Positions 11,401 through 22,027 of a DNA stretch of 64,000 nt are shown here, one piece after another. The DNA is taken from NCBI GenBank assembly GCA_964247055.1, contig OZ176052.1, forward strand, positions 4,216,001 through 4,280,000, read 5' to 3'. Made by a program: the position numbers and the translations under genes. Position 1 is the first letter of the stretch. Every line of letters begins with the position of its first letter. Source of the DNA: Paragordius varius (lineage: Eukaryota; Animalia; Nematomorpha). The notes below the pieces were generated by a model. The model ran no database searches. It was not told where the DNA came from and was given only the letters and a program-made list of their open reading frames with translations.

Positions 11401-13730
11401 ATATGAAACATTACAATAATAACAAAAAAGATATGCCAACGATTAAATGTGTAAAAGATAATTATATTATTTTTTTAAATACAACCAAATCAATTCTTAT
11501 GTAAGTTGGAACAAAATCTAAACAACCCTTTAACATCCATCATAAGTTCTGACAGAGATCTTTGTGGCCTTTTAAGGACTTTTACAATACATGAAATCGA
11601 AATTGCTTTAGACCAAATGTGTTCATACAAGGCTTCGGGCCCTTGTGAACTATGCTTTAATATCATAAAATTAATACCCAATATTTCCATGCTTTTAACA
11701 AAATTATTTAATAAAATAATAGTTGAAATGTAAATACCCACAGACTAGAAAAAAGTATCATATTTCATATCTTCAAAAAGGAGATATTCTCTGCTTCTCA
11801 TACAGGCCCTTAACTTCTAGGGTTTGAAAATTTGAAACATGCTTAAAAAATCTTATCACTTAGCTTATCTCAATCGATCCAATATTCGTCCTCAATAATA
11901 AATACCTAGCAAAAGGTCTTAAATTATAAAAGGCTTACGACTCAGTAACCTACAACTTTAATAATAGCATCACTACGCTACAACAATCTATATACAATTA
12001 TATTTATAATGTTAATCTACATCACTTAATCAGCTGTGTTATTACACCTTTTAGGAATTCGGAGCATTTTAATATTAATACCGGGCTGCATCAGGGGTCT
12101 GTCTTAAACCCTCTTTTTCTCATATTTATATTAGACTCTATTACAAAAGACATTAGAAAAAGATGACCATATGAAATTCTTTACGCAGACGATCTCCATA
12201 ATTCCTGCGGAAACTATTTCAATACTCGAAAATAAATATTTATTGTCATTAAAATTACAAAAAAACGGGCTTAGGATCAATACAAAAAAAACAAAAATTT
12301 AATCACAAGAGATGAGCACCAAACTACAACTCACTTTGTTGTACAAAATGCAAAATTGGGTCCATAAAAAATGCTCCAATATAAAAAATTAATAATAATT
12401 TTATCTGCACACCATGTCCTTTATCAACACCACTGCCAATAGATATCTCATACTCTAGTTTTCAATGGAGATAAAGAAATTGTAGCATTTTTTCCATATC
12501 TTGGCGATTATATAGCATCTGATGGTTCATTGAGGGATGCCAATTCTCATACAATCAGACAAGGATGGGTTAAATTTAATCTTAACCAATAAAAATATTA
12601 AATCGAAATTATTAGACAAAAATTTACAAAATGGGAGTAAGATCAGCTGTTACAGCAACTGACTTAAGTAGACCTACTAGAGCTGAAAATCACATGCTAA
12701 AAATCTGCAAAAATTGTTTTGATAATACCATTAAAGAAGTACCCATATCTCTGTTTATTAAGCGCCGCATGTGCTATTGTGGACATATAGTATTAGCACT
12801 TCTTGTTGGTCCTTGAACATTTTAAGTTGGTCATTTAGCTTTTTTGTATTGTTTTAAACTTTTATCAATTAATGTTATTCATCTATTTTATCATTTTAAC
12901 CTATTATATTTATTGATTTTAAAATTATTTAAAATATTTATAAGATCTTAACACGTAATAAAAAATATATAAGTTTTGTGTCTTCTTATTTCCAATTTTT
13001 CATTAACATTTGTAACTATATAATTTTGTTGAATTAGAAAAAATTGTTTGAAATAAAAAAAGTGGTTTTTAAATAAAATTATTTTTTATTGAATAAACAT
13101 ATGATAAAAAAGAATATTAAGCTAAAAAAAATATAAAATAAAAAATACATGCAAAAGTTATGGTTGAATCAAAATTCTAAAAAATTTGATAACAACAAAC
13201 ATATACTATGTTTTCCATAATTTAGAAATATGGATTTTACACAATTAGATTTTATATTGTCTCAGGAAATTAATTGACTGGTTATTTTGAAAGCGTTAAC
13301 AAATGCATTTATGATCGACCAAACCCAACATACATTTTTTATAGAAATATAACATGTTTTTAGGAAGAAAAGGGTGAAAAACTCGAAGGTGAAGCCGAAG
13401 TTAATCGATTATTTCAACAAATTTATGCGGACGGATCCGACGATGTGAAAAGAGCCATGAATAAATCTTTTGTAATTCTATATTTTCTTACTTAAACTTT
13501 AAAAATTTATGTGTACCATGGTACTTTATAAAATTTAAAAATTTTATAACGCGTTTGTGAACAAAAACCATTTGTAACACTTAATCCAATTCTAATTTTA
13601 TTGTTGTTAACATAAATTTTTTTAGGTCGAATCGGGCTGTACTGTTTTAAGCACGAATTGGGCTGATGTTTCAAAGAAAACAGTTGAACCCAAACCACCG
13701 GATGGGATGGATTATATTAAACCTTTTTGA
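8461..13730 (+). CDS. SUGT1: SGT1 co-chaperone (CS + SGS domains, no TPR), 194 aa. Exons 8461-8477, 8503-8599, 8624-8719, 8743-8833, 8857-8927, 13364-13471, 13626-13730
   Basis: Spliced translation [23 protein letters not shown]...ILSSKVEVKLIK...LWPTLEK (CS domain) ...[83 protein letters not shown] (SGS domain). All phases are consistent; intron 3 requires a GG acceptor. Confidence 0.93.
10390..12830 (+). mobile_element. Decayed RTE-type LINE (APE endonuclease + reverse transcriptase) inside SGT1 intron 5
   Basis: Ordered motifs in shifting frames: KIGSWNVET (~10401), [13 protein letters not shown] (~10770), TIDYIL (~10915), WWDD (~11210), [10 protein letters not shown] (~12085), ILYADDL (~12175), [20 protein letters not shown] (~12495), [10 protein letters not shown] (~12765). 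Many stops and frameshifts. Confidence 0.85.
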
Positions 13731-13915
13731 TTTGATATCAAATGCAGCAAAATAAATTTTGTGTTTGTTTTAACTTTGATATAAAAAATTTTTGGTGCTT
13801 GTCTTCTAAATAAACATATCGAATTAATGTACATTTAACTAAACTATCGCATAGCTAGAAAAATGTATAGTTTTCAATGAATTTATTGGAAATTTGCGTA
13901 TGTATTTATAAATTG

Positions 13916-16002
13916 TTATGTTATTTGTAATTTCTTCACGACTATTTGTCCGGAATCGTGTATAGTTGAAAACATATCTAATATCTTTTTTCGGTTTTCT
14001 GCCATTAACCTTTGTTCATCACTCATTACCATATTGTTGTTGTTGTTGTTTGAAACCATGGTAGTCGATGAGATCCGTTCTGATTCGAGATGCTGCTGCG
14101 GTACCTTGCTTTTATTTCTATTAGAGCTTAATCGGTTGCGCAAAATTATTGAACGTTTTTTCGGTCTTTGCGATGTACTAGATCTTAAGAATTCCCTTGA
14201 TTCACTATCATTCACTAAAGATAATTTTTGGGCGGGTGGCGGTTTTGATTCATTTAAATCTGCGATTGTTGAAGCGCTACTGCTACTGCTGGTACTACTC
14301 TGACTGCTACTGTTACTATTTTTTGCGTACATGTCTGCTGACGTTGAAGACACATGTTTTACACTAATTTTTTTATTGGAGTTTTGTAAGGAGTCCTTGT
14401 TCTCCCTATCTGTGGTGAAAGATGCAAGGTTTTTCGGATTAACCCATATGATCGGGGTTGCGTTTCCACCATCCGAGGGGATATCCAAAATAACTGAGTA
14501 AATTTCCCTTACACTCCTTTCATCGGGATCTAGTAATTTGTCTAATGCGCGGGCGGACGACGTGTTTGTGAGGGATGATGACTTGGTTCTTGTCAAAACG
14601 ACTGTGCTTGATGATAATGCTTGTAGGGGCGGTGCAGCATTATTGGCACTTGATACATTTACTTGCGTGTTTTCAGTTTTAGCACTCCTATTATTCTTTA
14701 CTGCTGTCCATAGTTTAATCCCAATACTCGGGTTGTTTTCTGGAACCAGATCATATCTACCGTATGGTTCCAAAAATACCCAAAGCCCGAGCACACAGAA
14801 AAGGAAAAGTAGAAAAACCATTAGCATTAATAGTATAAGCCATAATACTCCTAAATGAATTGTTTCCGGCTTTTCATGAAAGTCACTGCAATTAACATCT
14901 AATATATATATATATATCAAAGTTTAAAATGTAAAATGTTTTTGCTGTGAATGACCATATCGAAAAAACAGTATTAATTTGGAAATGGGTTTTTATAATA
15001 AAATCAAATGAAGGACGAGAAGTTCTTATATTTTGAATCCTACCTTACCCTTGTCCTATTTTATAGCTACTACCTCAGTGATTAAACTAACTCCTTATCT
15101 TGCTTTAATACCCTATATCTTTTCGTTTGACCAGTAATGAGTTGACGAAAATTCTTGTAAAATTATTATTACTTTTTCAATTTAATTCCTTTTTGCAAAC
15201 TTATATATGTTATACCTCCAAACTTAGCGGGACTTGGACTCTGTTCCGGCGGCGAAGTTGAAACTGAATCATGTATCAATGATTTTTTATATGCATACTT
15301 TTGACTTTTATTTTGAAAGGCTTGATTGAATTGAATTAATAATTCTTTTAATTCTTGATTATCATTGTATACTGGGTTGGCGGTTGTTTTTGTGTTTTTT
15401 TGGCGGTTTGCTTTAATGTTTTGTACAAGTTCACTCCATAAACTTTGTATTTTTTTGTATATTTTAGATCCGTTATTTAAGTTATCGACCATTTTAGTAG
15501 ATTGTGAATAGTTTGGCTGCTTATATGTTATTTCTAATTCCAATGGCGAAGTGTTTGACCTGAAAGGTGCTGGAGATTGCCTAAATATTTTTTTCACAAC
15601 TCTTTTTCGTATTTCTTTGATGATACTTTTTACCGTGGAATAATTGTAGTTTTCGCCTGGTTTAACCATGTACACTTTTGTATTAGGCTTTGTTGTTGCT
15701 AATATTTTTAGAAACGTTTGATGATTATCCAACATATTGGTAACATTAATAGCTGCATTTGCTGTAGGAGTAGAATGTTCACCAACTAACTCATTTGCTA
15801 ACCCATTTAGGGCATTTATCAAATGATGATTAACGTTTGTTGTAATAATATTTGTCAAACCTCTACCAATTGTCGCGTTTGTTGGATTACGTAGAGATTT
15901 TATAATTTTAGCCATAGAACTTGGTTTTGTAGGGAGAGCCATGCTACATAACCCAAAACATATGACAATTAATAATAGTTTTGTTGATTGCATAGTAGTC
16001 AT
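13916..16002 (-). CDS. Orphan type I single-pass membrane protein, about 589 aa. Proposed exons 16002-15216 and 14898-13916
   Basis: The 277-aa ORF starts with a signal-peptide-like MTTMQSTKLLLIVICFGLCSMA. The 334-aa ORF has a hydrophobic stretch LGVLWLILLMLMVFLLFLFCVLGLWVFL, then a Ser/Asn-rich tail. A phase-1 GT donor (15215) and phase-1 AG acceptor (14900-14899) join them in frame via a 317-nt intron. No family recognised; the join is inferred. Confidence 0.65.
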
Positions 16003-16225
16003 TTTTTTAATAATTTTATAAAATAACTGTATAAAGTTTGATTATTGTTGACATCATCACACACGTCAAGTTATTCTTAATATGTAATTAGGAGAGACGG
16101 GCTGGCCTATGATAATATTAAATAAACATATAAGAATATAAAATACATCATTAAATAGTTTTAAGGGACAAAAAGCATGTTATCAAGATTAGTGGAAAAC
16201 CCGTAATAATTAAAAACTTGAAAAA

Positions 16226-17157
16226 TCTATATAATTATAAAAATGGAAAATGCTGGCTTTGTGATCTGGTACAGGAAAACCGGTAGACCCAATCAAATCC
16301 AAATATCGAAAAAATATAATCATTAATAAATGTACCGACAATAGCTTCGCCTTTTTTTTGAAATAGGCCCCCAGTTCGGGCCCACCCCGTATGAAAAACG
16401 GGTTTTTTTTGAAAACAGAAGTCTACAAAAATTGTGTTTTTGAGACAATTTTCCGGAGAACGTGTTGGACCATTCAATTTCAAATATGATTTTTGTTTAC
16501 TTATTTTCGATTGCGCCGAACATAGTCGAGTCACTTTTTTAATTTAGGCCCTCTTTTTACCGGCTCCCCCTGTAAAATGCCATTTTTTTCAAAAAACAAA
16601 GTCCACAAAAATAATTTTTTAAATCGATTTTTTGCCCAAGGTATGAGACCGTAAAAATTCAATATGGATTCCACGTATTCCCTGTTAAAAGGCAAAAATT
16701 TTAGTCCACCGTTTATTTGATGATAGCTGCTGGGTAAGGAGCTACCCGCTAAAAACTGATTTTTCATATAACTTTGTGATCTGTTTCCGGAAAACCGGTG
16801 AACCCAATCAAATCCAAATATCGAAAAAATATAATCATTAATGAATGCCCCGACAATAGCTTCGCCCTTTTTTGGAATTAGGTCCCCAGTTCGGGCCACC
16901 CCGTATGAAAAACGGGTTTTTTTTGAAAACAGAAGTCTACAAAAATCGTGTTTTTGAGACAATTTTCCGGAGAACGTGTTAAACCATTCAATTTTAAATA
17001 TGATTTTTGTTTACTATTCGGTTATGCCGAACATAGTCGTCTCGCTTTTTTAATTTAGTCCCACTTTTTACCCGCTCCCCCCGTAAAATGCCATTCCCGC
17101 CTCCCAGAAGTCCTAAGGACTTCCTCGGACTGCGTAGCAGCACGAGATTTACGCTAG
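16226..17157 (+). mobile_element. Non-autonomous Helitron with an internal 515-bp-period tandem duplication
   Basis: 5' end A|TCTATATAATTATAAAA; 3' end hairpin ctcg-ga-ctgc-gta-gcag-ca-cgag followed by ...CTAG|T; A/T insertion site with no TSD. gtgatct at 16261 and 16776 marks the two repeat units. Confidence 0.85.
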
Positions 17158-17460
17158 TAATATATAATTATTTTTTCTTTTTTTTTGAAAAAAATATTAA
17201 CATTAAGTTTTACATTTTTTGCTAATATTATTAAACCGTTAAAACTCATTTATTTTAAAAGTAAAAATTTTATTTAGATTTAAGTAACGAGGTGCTATAA
17301 CTGTTTAATTATATTTCCTTCCTAAATTTTCAGCATTATTTTAAAGTAAATCTATGTTCTCGTTTTTGTAAAAGACAGTGGTTATCGGTGCTCATTCATG
17401 TAACTGAGGGTTGCTAAAAAAATTACACCTATTATAACACATCTTATGGTTTATTTATTG

Positions 17461-17646
17461 CAGTGGTACTCAATAGCAAGAAATGCTTTTTTTGGCCCCG
17501 AATTATACATTAAATTTTTTTGATGACTTTTTTGATTATAAATATCTGCTAATGTGTCAAACAATGAAGTTTTCTCGGCATGCACGGCCCTTGAGACAAA
17601 ATAAATTTTTTTGCGGCCTTTCATATATTTTGTGGAGTATTAAATG
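17461..17646. mobile_element. hAT (Buster/Charlie-type) MITE related to the 37856-43693 element
   Basis: Starts CAGTGGTACTCAA; perfect 8-bp TSD ATTTATTG (17453-17460 and 17647-17654); ggccc subterminal motifs; right TIR degenerate. Confidence 0.8.
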
Positions 17647-18127
17647 ATTTATTGTATTGTTTAATTTAATTATAAAAAATAATCTGAGTATTAGGGTGAA
17701 TTTTCATTACCGTCACTGTAACCGATTTTTAATCAAATAAAATTCGGCTTGTTTGATATAAAAATATATTTATTTGATAGGGTAGATCAGTAGGTCTCAC
17801 CAAAAAATTTTAAAGGACCGCAAAAAACTTATCTTCTCTCAAGGGTAGCACTCTATAACACAAAAAAATTCATAGTTGTTAGACACATTTGCAGATATTT
17901 TTAATCTAAATAGTTTTATCCAAAAATTAAAATACTCTTTTGTTTTCGATAGAAAATATGGGTAGTTAATATTTTTGACACTATGCAAAAAAACTTTGAA
18001 TACCCTCATATATATATATATATTTATAATAAATCATGCACCAATAAATGCCAAAAATATATTATAAATTTATTTTTATACTAACACTCATTCAATATTT
18101 ATTATTTATAAAAAGCAAATTAATTTA

Positions 18128-18841
18128 TTATGTTGTTAATTCTTCGGCACCTTGTTTCGCCTGTTTGGCCAAAATTCTTGCCTCACGCTCAATAAGCCGT
18201 CGTTCTCGTTCAAAAGTTTTAAGCCTATCAATTTGGTCTTGATAATTGCAATGCATAAATTCTTCGTACAATGGTTTACAGTGCCGAATAACACGCGGAA
18301 AATTATCTTGCCTACACTTTTGAAATGCCAGCAAAAATCGGGAACAATAATCTATCGTATCTCGGGACGGAAAATGTGCCGCCTCCAAATTCCTACGAGC
18401 AGCAGGTTCTCTTTTACAAGGACGTGGCTGTGGTTTATAGGTTCGATTTGGGTCGGGTTCATGACCACGCCATTCTAACGGGAGAATAGCACGGGGATCC
18501 ATTGAGGAAAGAAACAGATAACCCCGCGTATTTTTTCCTCGATATATACCATATTCATTGTATTGGCTTTCTTCGTCCTCCCATGTCTCAGCATTGTTGA
18601 CTGTATGTGATGATTCATGCAACCCATGATTTTCTGATTCAAATGTCTCGCCTTTAGGTTTTACATGATGATCGTGATTAGAATGATGTTTTTCATGCAG
18701 CTTACGCCGATATTCTTCGTGTGATATCGTTCCGTCAAATCCAAACAAGGGATCAAACATAATTCCATCCTTAACATCAGGGGTCCATTGTGGGAATATA
18801 AAATTACATTTTATCCAATAATATACAGTTCCTAAGACCAT
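18128..18841 (-). CDS. NDUFB7: NADH:ubiquinone oxidoreductase subunit B7 (B18) with a ~100-aa His-rich insertion, 237 aa, single ORF
   Basis: N-terminal FDPLFGF motif; twin CX9C (DYCSRFLLAFQKC...CKPLYEEFMHC); diagnostic C-terminal R.K.FERERRL.ER. Confidence 0.9.
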   Translation of the reverse strand: MVLGTVYYWIKCNFIFPQWTPDVKDGIMFDPLFGFDGTISHEEYRRKLHEKHHSNHDHHVKPKGETFESENHGLHESSHTVNNAETWEDEESQYNEYGIYRGKNTRGYLFLSSMDPRAILPLEWRGHEPDPNRTYKPQPRPCKREPAARRNLEAAHFPSRDTIDYCSRFLLAFQKCRQDNFPRVIRHCKPLYEEFMHCNYQDQIDRLKTFERERRLIEREARILAKQAKQGAEELTT

Positions 18842-19141
18842 GATAGTTATTTTAATCCATTATTAAAATAATAAAACAGCGTCAATAAAAATAAGCGTGA
18901 AAAATCATATGTTTAAGACAATTTCCTTTGCTCGTACGGTTGTTTGCAACACTCCTCGCTAGTAATTAATATATTCAAATATCTGTTACACTTGTTGACT
19001 TACGTCCAATTAATTTTTTATCACTTCTCTATTGATTTGTGTATTTGCGTTAGATTTATATAATAACTGTATTATATTTATAATTAAAATTGTTAATTTG
19101 ATTTAACTCAAATTTATAGTTTAACCTTAAAAATACCAATA
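18842..19141. promoter_or_regulatory. Presumed 300-bp bidirectional promoter between NDUFB7 and the aminopeptidase gene
   Basis: Divergent start codons at 18841 (-) and 19142 (+); no repeat recognised between them. Transcription starts were not observed. Confidence 0.6.
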
Positions 19142-20678
19142 ATGACTATGGGATCTCACACTGCAAGCACTGAAAAGAAGTCGTTCCAAAGACTTCCGAA
19201 AACGGTTATCCCTACGCATTATGATGTTAAAATAATTCCAAATATAAAAGAAATCAAATTTTCCGGTGAAGAAACTATTGATTTGGAGGTATATTATATT
19301 ACATTGTTTTAGATTAAAGAACCAATTGATAAAATTGTATTAAATTCATTGGAACTCGATATTTCTGATGTTGTTTTCAAGTCTGACAAAAAAGGTATTT
19401 TATATTCGCCATAAAATATTTTATGTTAGATAATATAACGCCTAGCGTTAATTATGACGTGGAAAACGAACAAGCTATCTTCCATTTTAACAATAAAATT
19501 GAGCCTGGTTCAGCGAAGTTACAGCTTAAATTTAAGGGAAAATTGTCTGATAAAATGAGAGGATTTTATTTTACCAAATATTTGCATGACAATAAAGAGA
19601 AAGTCGCCGTCACAACTCATTTTGAGGTTTTTTGTTTTCCCTATTCTTAAATAAATGTAAAATATATTTTGAAATTAATTGGCAATTATTTAACTTATTT
19701 TTTTAGTCCACAGATGCGAGACGAGCTTTTCCATGCTGGGACGAACCCGCCATAAAATCAAAGTTTACCATAACTCTCGTGGCACCGAAAGATTTTGTCG
19801 CTTTGTCAAATATGGTAAAATTTTTACCTTTAAAATTCCTCCCCAAAAAATTACTATAATACGTATAATTATTTAATTCAATCATTTATGTTTTATATAT
19901 TTTTGGGTGAAAATATATTTTTTCACTATTGCGGTTTAGCATATATATTATCGATTTTATACATTTTTAATAAAATATCTTTGTATTCAAAAAATCTACA
20001 CGCACGAAACTTTTATCAGCTGAATGGAAACAAATATTTAGTTGTTTGTTTATCGATATCTGTGAAACTCGTGTTATGACTTTAATTTCTATAATACTTG
20101 GATACATTCATAGTCTTTTCATGCAAATTCGGGTAATTGAATTTTCCAGGCTATTAAATACTTTAAAAAATATGAAATCAATCGAAATATAACTCTAATG
20201 AACTGAACAAAGTATCAAAAAAATTCTAAAAATACTTGTAATTATTTATTTTAAGGTAATACCCAAAAGTAAAGATTTAGTTGATATGACATGCATGCAT
20301 TAGTTATAATAAAAATTAATACAAATAAACCACTATTTCTGTTTCTATCAATGTTAGATTTGATTTAAATAATAATTAGCTTTAATTTTATTTAAAATTA
20401 AATAAACACGATATTTCGCAAAAATGTTGCAAAATAAAAATGGTGCTAAAGTAGTTTAATATAGAATTTTTATTCAAAACTAAATTTATTTAGATATTTC
20501 GGTTTTATATAATTTTTATTATGCATAAATTTAAATTGGGACCGTTTCTTTTATTTTCTTTAAGTAGTTTTTAAAGAAATCAACTCTAATCTCCTGGGGT
20601 ATTTAAAACCCTAATTTGCAAAGTGTTAACGCACAAAATAAATTGTAAAGTGAAAGGGCAAGGTCACTAATAAGCCAT

Positions 20679-20712
<34 letters not shown>

Positions 20713-20964
20713 GCCCGTTGATAAAGAAGTAGATAGTGGAAATAATGAAAAAACGGTTCGTTTCCAAATAACTCCCATTATGTCAACATACATTGTGGCA
20801 TTTGTCGTGGGCGAATTTGAGTATGTCGAAGCCAGAACAGATGATCAGCGGGTCCTTTGTCGCGTTTATACACCCATTGGTAAAAAGGAACAGGGACGAT
20901 TTGCTCTTGAAGTACATAATATATATATAGCGGATTTTTTATAGTTAGCCTCTAGTGTTTAAAT

Positions 20965-21009
<45 letters not shown>

Positions 21010-21995
21010 GATTTTTTAATTTAGTTTGCAACTACTGTTTGAATAGTACAGTGGTACTTACTAAAAAAATTAAAGGACCACAAAAAGTATTTATCTTGAT
21101 TTAAGGGCCGCGCACCACCCATTACCGATAAAAGTTTTATAGATGTTTAACACTCATAAAGGGTAGGGGACTCCGGATTTGGAGTTTTCGTACTTGGTAA
21201 TCTGAAGCGATTTTTTTACGTAACACATGCCCTTGTGTACAACTAATAATTTTACAGATCATTAGAAAATGGCCTTTGCCGTTAGCGTATTTTAATGCCC
21301 CAGCCAACACCGCGGGGAAGTGGCAATATAGGACATTTTTGATTTAACACATTAAATATATATATATATATACACTCAAAATCAATTTAAAAATAAATCA
21401 GGGCCAATTAAAAGCACTTTTAGGACCGCGATCTAAGTAACATTAATAAATTTAATAGTTTAACACATTATTTTCCCTCATTTATAATGATTTTACTGTT
21501 GGTTGGAAAGTATATATAATATGGTTTGTAATCTCGATAATGTGAGGCTTTAGTAAAAAATTGATTTTTTTGTCAATAATTTAATTTATAGGAGCCTACT
21601 GATTATGGGAAAGATGGGCATGGTTTAATATTTCGTGAGAGTAAGTGACCCTTTTAAAAAATTGAACATTAGATTAAATTCAATCATAATATTAGTCATA
21701 TGTATATATATATATATATATGATAGTTTACAGATATTTAATTATTCTTTTTTATTTTTTTTGCTTTTTACCCACCAATTATTGTAATTTGGCGGGGAAT
21801 ATACATGCAATTGTATCATCCCAATTAAAACTCAATTTAGAAATCAAGTGCATGTAATCTGCATAGATTATTCGTTTATTACCCATTAGTTATTATTAAA
21901 AATAACTCTTTATCAGAGATGGTCTACTGGTCATTTTTTATAAATCTTTTTAGTTAATGATATATGCGTAATTTTTTTACCCTTATTTATATGTA

Positions 21996-22027
<32 letters not shown>

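Noticed and set aside
14034-14858. ORFs 14034-14303 and 14538-14858 (+)
   Set aside because: Antisense shadows of the Ser-rich exon of the orphan gene.
16235-16962. ORFs 16235-16534 and 16531-16962 (-) with repeated sequence
   Set aside because: They lie in the Helitron tandem units, and their similarity just reflects the DNA repeat. No recognisable domain.
18048-18478. ORFs 18048-18242 and 18152-18478 (+)
   Set aside because: Antisense to NDUFB7, with no independent coding signal.
19100-19141. General spliced-leader trans-splicing inferred from AG shortly before start codons
   Set aside because: Seen before SART1 and weakly before the aminopeptidase, but not before NDUFB7. AG after T-runs is common in this composition, and no SL RNA gene was recognised.
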